Below are positions 45,374 through 52,777 of a stretch of 64,000 nt of DNA, piece after piece. The notes beneath the pieces are model-generated. The model made no database searches, had not been told where the DNA came from, and saw only the letters and a program-made list of their open reading frames with translations. The stretch is from IMG/VR virus record IMGVR_UViG_644736339_000001; one strand, given 5' to 3'. The DNA is from a virus (Duplodnaviria; Caudoviricetes). Made by a program: the position numbers and the translations under genes. The stretch's first letter is position 1; every line of letters starts with the position of its first letter.

Positions 45374-45811
45374 GTGAACTTGGCGCCCGCACCAACCGCG
45401 GACATGGGCCCGTACTCGGTAGAGCTACGGGCCAGTAGCGTCTTCTACCTGCGTCGCAGCGCCACCGACGGCGAGATGGACGAGTCGCCCGAGTACGTAG
45501 ACCAGCTGTTCATCGAACACGCCGAGGTCCCGATGCTGCGGGCGGCGCTGGCGCAGGTCCAGATGCACCCGCACTACGCGGAGGGTCGGTGGGAGACATC
45601 GCGGTTCTGGCTGACTACCGAGCCGCCGCACGGCTACACGCCGGAGCAGATCGAGGCTGCGAACGAGCCGTGGGAGATCACCCGCAACAGGGCCGCGGTG
45701 GTGATTGCCGGGCCGTTGTGGAACCCGCAGATGTGGCCCGACGGTCGGTTCCAGGTTGAGGTGGAGTACGCGAAGTTAAACAAGCTGGTGGAAGCGCTCG
45801 ACGTGGTCTGA
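45374..45811 (+). CDS. hypothetical protein
   Basis: ORF; start uncertain. Confidence 0.55.
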   Translation: MNLAPAPTADMGPYSVELRASSVFYLRRSATDGEMDESPEYVDQLFIEHAEVPMLRAALAQVQMHPHYAEGRWETSRFWLTTEPPHGYTPEQIEAANEPWEITRNRAAVVIAGPLWNPQMWPDGRFQVEVEYAKLNKLVEALDVV

Positions 45812-45901
45812 ACTGGCGGCGCTACGCCGTCCGGGCGTCGCAACGAAGCGTGCGGCGGTCGGCAGCGCGACGTGCGACCGGTGCGGGCGGACGCTGGGAC
45901 C

Positions 45902-46111
45902 ATGGATCACGGATATCAACGTCTCGAATCTGACCGGTACCGCCTCCACTTCCTCATCCACGAGGGGAAGGTGGCGCGTTGTGGTGGTTTCAACAGTGAT
46001 GATCTTGAGCAGGTGATTGAGCCTGCCGGGTCGCCGGACGTCAACGTGTGCCTGATGTGCGCTTTACGCGAAGCGGAGGAGGTCTTCGCGGACAGCAATC
46101 AAGGTCAGTAG
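45902..46111 (+). CDS. small Zn-finger protein
   Basis: LH...ARCG...CLMC. Confidence 0.45.
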   Translation: MDHGYQRLESDRYRLHFLIHEGKVARCGGFNSDDLEQVIEPAGSPDVNVCLMCALREAEEVFADSNQGQ

Positions 46112-46449
46112 CCGTCCGGTACCGGATTGACCGGAACGACCAACGCCGTGTCGTACACCACCCACGTCGATTGCTGCCAGTCGTTGTGCATGCCGCCGCC
46201 TGCGTGGTCAATGTGCGCAACCCACCAGCCGTCGTGGAGCAGGATCCAGGCGCGGAGTACCCCCACCTGCCAGGTGTCGCGGGTGCGGAAGTGCACCACC
46301 TTCCAGGCAACGACCCACTTGGCAACGTCGGTGTCGGCGGGCGCGTGGGGGAGTATCTCGAGGTTGGGCGGGTCGGCGGTCACGTTGACAACGGTATCGA
46401 AACTGTGTTCTATGCGCGCTTCACGGTGGTGCGTTAGCGACCGTGGCAT
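46105..46449 (-). CDS. hypothetical Trp-rich protein
   Basis: ATG 46449, divergent from ku. Confidence 0.5.
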   Translation of the reverse strand: MPRSLTHHREARIEHSFDTVVNVTADPPNLEILPHAPADTDVAKWVVAWKVVHFRTRDTWQVGVLRAWILLHDGWWVAHIDHAGGGMHNDWQQSTWVVYDTALVVPVNPVPDGY

Positions 46450-46486
46450 GCCTATAGTCCATTCATAGGTGGACATAGGAGGCGTC

Positions 46487-47311
46487 ATGCCGTCAGCCGT
46501 GTGGTCCGGGACGATCTCGTTCGGCTTGGTCAGCGTGCCCGTGCAGCTGTACTCCGTTACCGACAGCGCCGGACCCGAACTGCACCAGTACCACGCCGAG
46601 GACGGCGGCCGGATCCGGTACAAGCGGGTGTGCGAAGTCGACGGCCAAGAGCTGCAGCAGGACGACATTGCCCGCGGCTACCCCGTCGGCGACGACGAAG
46701 TGATCATCACCGACCGGGACCTCGACGGCTTGCCCGAGGTCGCGAAGAAGATCGTCGCCATCGATGCGATCGTCCGCGAAGACCAGATCGACCCGATCCA
46801 GTACCGGAAGGCCTATTACGTTGCGCCGGAGAAGGCGGGACTCCGCCCCTACGTACTGCTGCGCAATGCGCTTGCGAAGGCTGGACGCGCCGCGGTTGTT
46901 ACCTTTGCGATGCGCGAGCGCGAGTCCCTAGCGCTGGTGCGGGCCCGCGACGACCTGCTGCTGCTCGAGACGCTGTTCTGGCCCGATGAAGTGCGTGAGA
47001 TCCCCGTGGAGGCTCCGCCGGCCATCGACGACAAGACCGAGCTGAAAGCGGCCGTGGACCTGATCGAAGCCATGACCTCTGACTTCAAGCCCGAGCAGTA
47101 CCACAACCTGTACCGCGAGGCGCTCCAAGAGGTCATCGAGGCCAAGGAAGCCGGGCGCGAGGTGACGCGCGTTGAGCAGCCGAAGGAAGACGCGGGTGCG
47201 AAGGTCACGGACCTGCTGTCGGCACTGCGGGCATCGGTGGAGCGGGCGAAGGAGACGCGCGGCGAGGGCGAGAAGCCGGCTGCGAAGAAGAGGGCGAAGA
47301 AGGCGGCCTGA
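46487..47311 (+). CDS. ku: Ku (NHEJ DNA end-binding protein)
   Basis: WSGTISFGLVSVPVQLY...GGRIRYKRVC...IARGY...KAYYVAP...LFWPDEVR...DLLSALRASV; AGGAGG RBS. Confidence 0.96.
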   Translation: MPSAVWSGTISFGLVSVPVQLYSVTDSAGPELHQYHAEDGGRIRYKRVCEVDGQELQQDDIARGYPVGDDEVIITDRDLDGLPEVAKKIVAIDAIVREDQIDPIQYRKAYYVAPEKAGLRPYVLLRNALAKAGRAAVVTFAMRERESLALVRARDDLLLLETLFWPDEVREIPVEAPPAIDDKTELKAAVDLIEAMTSDFKPEQYHNLYREALQEVIEAKEAGREVTRVEQPKEDAGAKVTDLLSALRASVERAKETRGEGEKPAAKKRAKKAA

Positions 47312-47363
47312 CATTCGCACCGAAGCGGCGGTTCATCACTCTGGAGAATGATGTCCGCGCCGC

Positions 47364-47407
47364 CTATGTATACCCCCCATAGCTCCGGGTATGACGGGTG
47401 TACATAG
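47364..47407. promoter_or_regulatory. inverted-repeat operator upstream of HTH gene
   Basis: CTATGTATACCC ... GGGTGTACATAG (11/12 complementary). Confidence 0.65.
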
Positions 47408-47441
47408 CTAGAGCTCGGACGCCCCCAACGAAAGGCACCGC

Positions 47442-47765
47442 GTGATCCCCGACGAACACCTTGAAGCCATTCAGCAAGACGCGCTCCTGGTCACCTACGC
47501 CGCCGGGGCAGTCCACGGCGCATCCATCCTGCTCGCATCAGCACGAGCCAAGGCCGTTGCAGCTCTCGTTGAAGCGTGCGACGGCAACCAGTCCGAAGCC
47601 GGACGTCGACTCGGCGTTGACCAAGCCGCCGTGAACCGCATGGTCCACAAGACGGGCACCTCGCTGGAAGGTGTCGATCTCAACGGACTCGCTGGTCGGC
47701 TCGCCGAGGCAGTCAGTCAGGGGGTAAGTGCCCTGGCGCGGCTGGAAACTGTCGGAGCCGAGTAG
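47442..47765 (+). CDS. small HTH regulator (Aca-like context)
   Basis: RAKAVAALVEACDGNQSEAGRRLGVDQAAVNRMV. Confidence 0.75.
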   Translation: MIPDEHLEAIQQDALLVTYAAGAVHGASILLASARAKAVAALVEACDGNQSEAGRRLGVDQAAVNRMVHKTGTSLEGVDLNGLAGRLAEAVSQGVSALARLETVGAE

Positions 47766-47886
47766 CTGCTGCGCGTCGATGCCCGGCCGACCGAATGGCG
47801 GCCGGGCATTGGTGTATCTGACGGAAGCGGTAACGCGGCCCGTCCGGCGTTGCTATGGTCGAGGCAGCACAACCCCACCTCGGTGG

Positions 47887-47966
47887 ATACTCTCCGCGAC
47901 GGCGGAGGTGGTTCTGATGTGTTGTTCGTTTCAACACTTGCTCTCCGTATCAACGGAGGTACCGCT
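47887..47966 (+). CRISPR. cas-less mini-array: two type I-E-like 29-nt repeats flanking a 22-nt spacer
   Basis: ATACTCTCCGCGACGGCGGAGGTGGTTCT and TTGCTCTCCGTATCAACGGAGGTACCGCT, each with a CTCCG(C/T)-4 nt-(G/A)CGGAG hairpin. Confidence 0.6.
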
Positions 47967-48009
47967 GGCCCCGACCTCCGGGGTTATTGCGCTATCTAGA
48001 GGAGAGCCC

Positions 48010-48249
48010 ATGTACGGCTACGTACCCGAGGATCTCGACAACCAGGTTCCCTCTGAGGGCTCGGACGACGCCTCGTGGCTTGACGACTCCAGCGAGCCCG
48101 TCAGCGCGGGCTTCGAGTGGGTAATCGAAGGTGGACCCGAGATCCTGACTGCGGGCCTGCCGCCGTGGACTGGTGAAACCTGGGGCAACGGAACTGATCG
48201 CTGGGCCCATCTCGAGGCGGGCTGGAATTCGAAGCCGGCCGCCAAGTAG
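48010..48249 (+). CDS. small acidic protein
   Basis: GAGGAG RBS; MYGYVPEDLDNQVPSEGSDD... Confidence 0.6.
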   Translation: MYGYVPEDLDNQVPSEGSDDASWLDDSSEPVSAGFEWVIEGGPEILTAGLPPWTGETWGNGTDRWAHLEAGWNSKPAAK

Positions 48250-48350
48250 CCGGGCGTCGCCGCGCCAAGCCGCCCACAAGTGCGACAATGGCTTGAGCGG
48301 CGCCCCGCAGTCCCAGCCGGGGCGCACATTCACATCCGGGATGGTGTACG

Positions 48351-48587
48351 GTGCGGTTCAGGCAGGTCAGAGACCGGCCGCACGAGGAGAAGCCAGTGCA
48401 GGGCGGGCCGGTGTCCGTCGGGAGCTTACTCATCGCCGTGACACTGAAGCCGATCAACGAACTCCCGCCCGGCGTGCACCTCGAAGGCGTCCTAACCGAG
48501 CTCGGCGGCGTCGTCGCCGAGACGGTCGGCAACTGGTACGACAAGCGCGGCCACGAGTTCTGCGTGTCCGTACCCGACATAGCCTGA
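48351..48587 (+). CDS. hypothetical protein
   Basis: ORF; start uncertain. Confidence 0.5.
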   Translation: MRFRQVRDRPHEEKPVQGGPVSVGSLLIAVTLKPINELPPGVHLEGVLTELGGVVAETVGNWYDKRGHEFCVSVPDIA

Positions 48588-48842
48588 CCGGCGTACCCTC
48601 GACGTGCGGGCGCCGACGGCCCGCACGGGTTGATCCCACGCCCCGGCCGGCCCCAAGGTCACCCGGCCGGGGCGCCACGAGAACTCCCAACAGGGACGTC
48701 ATATAGGGGAAGGGATTGATCGGCCCCCGCCCGCGGCGGCATGAGCCGGCCGGTTCTGGCAACCGCGAGCAGGCGCTCACGTCCCGCCCACCGATGAGGT
48801 CCCGGGCGTGTGCCGCGGATGGTGCCCGGGACCGCCCTTCCA

Positions 48843-49244
48843 CTAGGCCTCCTGCAGCTCGCGGATCTTTGCCCTGTGGAACAACTCCAGTTCCGCCTCG
48901 CGCCGCCCGAACGGATCCTTCTCCACGAGTGCATCGTGCGTGCCGCGCACTACCCGGCCAGCCGCAATGTCAGCATCAAGTCGCTGTAGAGCTTCGTCAA
49001 GCGCAGACATCGCCTCTTCGGGGATGAACGCTACGACCTCGATGAACCACGAGTCCTCGACAGGTTGCCGTTCGGGCCACAGCCTCCAGGAGTAGGCCGT
49101 GACCGACACATATGGCCGCTCCGACACGACGTGCGCCTGGTCCACGTCCAGCGGCACGGACTCAAAGTGGACGCGCGTTTCAAACGGTGTCTTGTAGGCG
49201 ACGACGTGAGAAACGGGCACGGTCGGGGTGCCTCGGCGCTTCAT
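48843..49244 (-). CDS. hypothetical protein
   Basis: ORF, start refined to ATG 49244. Confidence 0.5.
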   Translation of the reverse strand: MKRRGTPTVPVSHVVAYKTPFETRVHFESVPLDVDQAHVVSERPYVSVTAYSWRLWPERQPVEDSWFIEVVAFIPEEAMSALDEALQRLDADIAAGRVVRGTHDALVEKDPFGRREAELELFHRAKIRELQEA

Positions 49245-49498
49245 AGTCACCACCGTATTGAGGCCGTCAGTCCTGCGGTTCGAAACCATGGCGGCCGGCC
49301 GTGTCCGGCGTCGCGGGCTTCCAAGGCTCCCGCAAGACTGGCCAGTTCTGCGGTTTGACGCCTCCACCTCGACCGGGCAGGCCGACCGCCTCGCAATCCA
49401 CGTCCGGGCGGATCGACTTAGCCTTGCGGCTCCTGGTCTGGACGTGGTGCTCTAGCGTACCGAAAAGCCCTGCCAGCCTGGGTGCCGTCGAAACAGCA

Positions 49499-49535
49499 GC
49501 GCGCCCCGGAGGCGGTATCCATCCTCCGAGGCGCT
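49499..49535 (-). terminator. hairpin closing the structured RNA
   Basis: GCGCCTCGGAGG ... CCTCCGGGGCGC stem on the minus strand. Confidence 0.55.
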
Positions 49536-49906
49536 GTGTCTGTAATGACTTTGCAAGTCAGTGACGTCCGCCACTTGGCCACACCGATGGCGTTTAAGGA
49601 CGCGGCTCACTCTTGACGGCGCCGTGCTCTGCCTATTGAGCTACGCCAGCACGTAGAGCCGGCGATGGGGGTCGAACCCATAACCTCGACGTTCTCGTCC
49701 GCGTCCGCTTGATCCGGCGATCGACGGCGATGCTGAGCATGGAGCGAGAATCTGAACTTCAGTGGTCTCGATGCGCCTCTACCAGTTGGGCTACAGCGGC
49801 CCGTATGCCGCCGGAAGGACTCGAACCTCCACCATCACCGAGCAACCCGTCAGCTTCAGTCTCAACTTCAGCTTGTGCTCGCCGCCGATCCTACCGTGCG
49901 CCGGCC
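49500..49906 (-). ncRNA. structured RNA with two circularly permuted tRNA-like domains (49767-49842 and 49620-49691)
   Basis: Each domain reads T arm, acceptor 3' strand, 6-7 nt loop, acceptor 5' strand, D arm; enclosed by long stems GATCGGCGGCGA/TCGCCGTCGATC and GGACGCGG/CCGCGTCC. Confidence 0.85.
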
Positions 49907-49910
49907 AGCG

Positions 49911-50642
49911 TCACGCGAACAGGTACCCGAACACGTCCTCGCCAACGCGCCGGTCCGTCACCTCGTGGTTGTTGGCCTCCTCGCGGGCGAACTTCACCGC
50001 GTGCGCCAGCTTCTCCACCCGCGCAGCCAGTGCATTAACGCGCTCGGCCGGCAGCGCACCGGAGAACTTCGTCGTGGTCCAGGTGCCGACGGTCACGTCC
50101 TCGTAGTAGACCTCGACCTGCGCCGGGTGCTTCTCAGTGGCCTCGGCCTTCACATGGTTGCGCGGCACCTTCTTGGTGCGGTTGGTCCGCACCGGCTCCG
50201 TCTTCCACGAGTCGGTCGACGGGTCGTGAACCCAGGACTCGGCGGCATCCAGCACCGGCAACTTCTTCACGAACGTGTGCAGGTCCGTCAGCTGCTTCTC
50301 CAGGAACAGCAGGTACGACACCGGCACGCCGGCGATGAGAACCTGGCCGTCGACCATGACGTCGGCGCGGGCTTCGCAGTTCGCCCAGTCCTTCGTCGCG
50401 GTCACGTCGAACAGCCGCGTCATGTTCGCCGATGTGAAGCGCAGGATCTCCTCGGCGCCGATCTGCACGCGCGTCGACTCCGGCGGAAGCTGCTCGCCTT
50501 CCTCGTCCTTTGGCTGGTACGTCCGGGAGATGCCGGACAGCAGCGCCTGCTTCTGGACGTTGTGGTGCGCCTCGGTGATGTCCGCGTAGGAGCGGGACTT
50601 GACCGACTTCTCAACGGCGATGATCTGGTTGAGCTTGGCCAC
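49911..50642 (-). CDS. hypothetical 243-aa largely helical protein, upstream partner of the tRNA-mimic RNA
   Basis: AAGGGA RBS, strong codon bias; MAKLNQIIAVEK...LLSGISRTYQP...KDWANCEARAD...YLLFLEKQL...KFSGALP...KFAREEAN. Confidence 0.9.
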   Translation of the reverse strand: MAKLNQIIAVEKSVKSRSYADITEAHHNVQKQALLSGISRTYQPKDEEGEQLPPESTRVQIGAEEILRFTSANMTRLFDVTATKDWANCEARADVMVDGQVLIAGVPVSYLLFLEKQLTDLHTFVKKLPVLDAAESWVHDPSTDSWKTEPVRTNRTKKVPRNHVKAEATEKHPAQVEVYYEDVTVGTWTTTKFSGALPAERVNALAARVEKLAHAVKFAREEANNHEVTDRRVGEDVFGYLFA

Positions 50643-50685
50643 GACTGTGGGTCCCTTCAGGGGGGCTTGTGGGGATTGACGCAGC

Positions 50686-51114
50686 CTACGCCGAATGATG
50701 TTCGCTTGCTGGCGGCTTTACTCGAACGTTCCACGCCGCTTCAGCCACGTCCCGAACCACGCACCCGCACGGCCGGTACGTAATCTGGCACTCCTCAGAC
50801 GGCCGGTCCCAGTTGATCTGATCGCCGCGGAACGCCGTTGCGAACTCGGCGTTCCAGCCGTTGGCCAGCCGCCTGCATGCCGGGCACCACCACGTCTGCC
50901 ATGGCCGCCGCGACAACCACGCATTGAGCGGATGTAACAGCGGCGGCGGCAGGTAGTCCCCGGGCACGAACGGCACGCACGAACCGCCGTGGCCCCGCAG
51001 GAGCCCGCACTGCACGTAGTCGGTCCGGGGGCGGTTCCGTCGCAGCAGCCACTGAACAAACGACCGTCGGTGCCAAGGGAATGCAACACCCGGGCAGGTG
51101 GGCGTCTCGTTCAA
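50686..51114 (-). CDS. hypothetical Cys-rich protein
   Basis: ORF; start uncertain. Confidence 0.45.
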   Translation of the reverse strand: MNETPTCPGVAFPWHRRSFVQWLLRRNRPRTDYVQCGLLRGHGGSCVPFVPGDYLPPPLLHPLNAWLSRRPWQTWWCPACRRLANGWNAEFATAFRGDQINWDRPSEECQITYRPCGCVVRDVAEAAWNVRVKPPASEHHSA

Positions 51115-51368
51115 GGCGGGAACTCCACGCCGTACAGGTCCGCCATCTCGGCCTCCGATGCCATCAGCAGCACCTGCCCGTCGTCCAGCCACGAGCACTC
51201 GATGACCGTGTACGCGATCCCGTAGCCGCCGTCGCGGACCGCATCCCGGACGCGCTCGTACATATCGGCGGCGCAGACGAGCCGCTTCTTGTTGCGTTCG
51301 ATACCAGCAAGGAACTCGTTCAGGGCGGCAACCGTCAGTGCTGGCTGGCCATATAGCGAGTCGGTCAC
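51111..51368 (-). CDS. hypothetical protein
   Basis: Coupled ORF. Confidence 0.55.
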   Translation of the reverse strand: MTDSLYGQPALTVAALNEFLAGIERNKKRLVCAADMYERVRDAVRDGGYGIAYTVIECSWLDDGQVLLMASEAEMADLYGVEFPP

Positions 51369-51625
51369 TGGCTGCGGTCTTCATACGCAAAAGTGAAACC
51401 CGGCGGCAGCAGATCCTCGGCCTGGAACAGCGCCGTTAGGTCGGTGGCCGAGGCCTCCATGCGTTTTGGAATCGCGTCACGGAACTCCGCAAGCCGCGCG
51501 TCATACTCGGCTCTCGCCGTCAGGTAGCCATCCCAGTTCCAGTCGGTAGTGTCGTAGTCAAGCCCATAGGCGGCAGCGATCTGGGCGCGGACCTGGCGGG
51601 TGAGGTCGTCAGGTGGTTCGGTCAT
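51365..51625 (-). CDS. hypothetical protein
   Basis: Coupled ORF, GGAGG RBS. Confidence 0.55.
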   Translation of the reverse strand: MTEPPDDLTRQVRAQIAAAYGLDYDTTDWNWDGYLTARAEYDARLAEFRDAIPKRMEASATDLTALFQAEDLLPPGFTFAYEDRSQ

Positions 51626-51894
51626 GGTTGACCTCCGTAGAAGCCGTCCAGCTGAAGGTTAAGCTCCGCCAGGTCGGGATGGATGGCGATGTTGATGCGA
51701 TCAGCCAGGCTCTCCTCGCCGACGATGCGCAGAATCTTCGAGCCGGTCTCGATCGACATCGGAAGCGTAACCTCGAACTCGCTGAGCAGCGGGAGGTGCG
51801 GCAGGTGCGGCGCCGGGTCGCGCTCCCACTCAATACTGATGTCCGTCACGGGGATCGGCTTGCCGTCGCCAAACTGGATGAAGCCGTCGATCAT
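51622..51894 (-). CDS. hypothetical protein
   Basis: ATGA-coupled, AGGAG RBS. Confidence 0.55.
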   Translation of the reverse strand: MIDGFIQFGDGKPIPVTDISIEWERDPAPHLPHLPLLSEFEVTLPMSIETGSKILRIVGEESLADRINIAIHPDLAELNLQLDGFYGGQP

Positions 51895-52220
51895 GTCAGC
51901 TCCTGCACTGCAAGGCCAGCAAACGGCGGGCACCGCCACGGAACACCGCAGTGCATGCAGCCAACGAAGCCGCGGTCGTCGAGGATCTGCGGGTAGTGGA
52001 TGTTCAGGACGGCGTAGGTGCCCATCGGATCCGGCAGCCCCGAAGCATCCATCATCCGCTCCCAGTCGTCGAACGCAGCATCATAAGTGGCCTGGAACGG
52101 CGCATATCGTGCGCGCGTCACCGCAAGAGCAGAGTCAACGATGTTCTCGGCAAGGAGACGCTCAAGCCTCTCCGCATCGAAGGTGCTGGCGGCGAGGATC
52201 GGGTTGTGCTCCTCGCTCAC
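51891..52220 (-). CDS. hypothetical phage protein
   Basis: VLNIHYP...CMHCGVPWRCP. Confidence 0.55.
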   Translation of the reverse strand: MSEEHNPILAASTFDAERLERLLAENIVDSALAVTRARYAPFQATYDAAFDDWERMMDASGLPDPMGTYAVLNIHYPQILDDRGFVGCMHCGVPWRCPPFAGLAVQELT

Positions 52221-52648
52221 GTCCTCACCTCGCATCGATGCCCGTCGGCCCACGCCACGTAGTCGGCAAGGTTAACGTTGGTCGGGGCCGTGAAGGCGTA
52301 GCAGTCGAGACAGGCCATGATGTCGGAGTCGTAGTACATCTCGAAGCGGCCGTAGTCGGTGCGGTCTGGCGCAAGGATCTGCAGGGGCTTTCCCTTGTCC
52401 TGCTCTACGATCTCGCGCCAGCGTTCGGCGAGCTTCTGGTAGCCGGCCTCGTTAAGCGGCCCGTCGAACTGTACGACGACGGTAGGCCGTTCGTCTCGCT
52501 CGCGGATGAGCGCGTCAACTTCGTTGAGCAGGTCGTTGCACATCACCCGTTCCATGCTGGTGACGAGCCCGAGGGTCGGATGCGCCCAGTTGACCTCGTG
52601 GATGCTGCGGATCTCGGCGAGACGCTCCGGCGTAGGGCGATCGTTCAC
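52217..52648 (-). CDS. hypothetical phage protein
   Basis: TPERLAEIR...DLLNEVDAL. Confidence 0.55.
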   Translation of the reverse strand: MNDRPTPERLAEIRSIHEVNWAHPTLGLVTSMERVMCNDLLNEVDALIRERDERPTVVVQFDGPLNEAGYQKLAERWREIVEQDKGKPLQILAPDRTDYGRFEMYYDSDIMACLDCYAFTAPTNVNLADYVAWADGHRCEVRT

Positions 52649-52777
52649 GCTTCCTCCAGGCTCGGCATCACAACAGCCACAGCCCTCTCCAGTGGCCACC
52701 CTTCCTCGGCGCCGCCCAACTGCGCGGTGACTTCGATGGCGGACTCAACGAGCGCACGCTCTGCGCATGAACGTCTC

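Noticed and set aside
47860-47990. Functional CRISPR-Cas array
   Set aside because: Only two divergent repeats, a 22-nt spacer and no cas genes; reported as a mini-array/Racr candidate instead
49620-49842. Calling the T-arm and D-arm matches ordinary tRNA genes or pseudogenes
   Set aside because: Arm order is permuted (T arm before D arm), acceptor stems are loop-closed, and there is no anticodon loop or CCA; intact pairing argues against decay
49500-50642. Canonical Ro60/Y RNA locus
   Set aside because: No TROVE-domain gene in the window and no clear Ro60-binding helix motif seen; a trans-acting host Ro60 cannot be excluded
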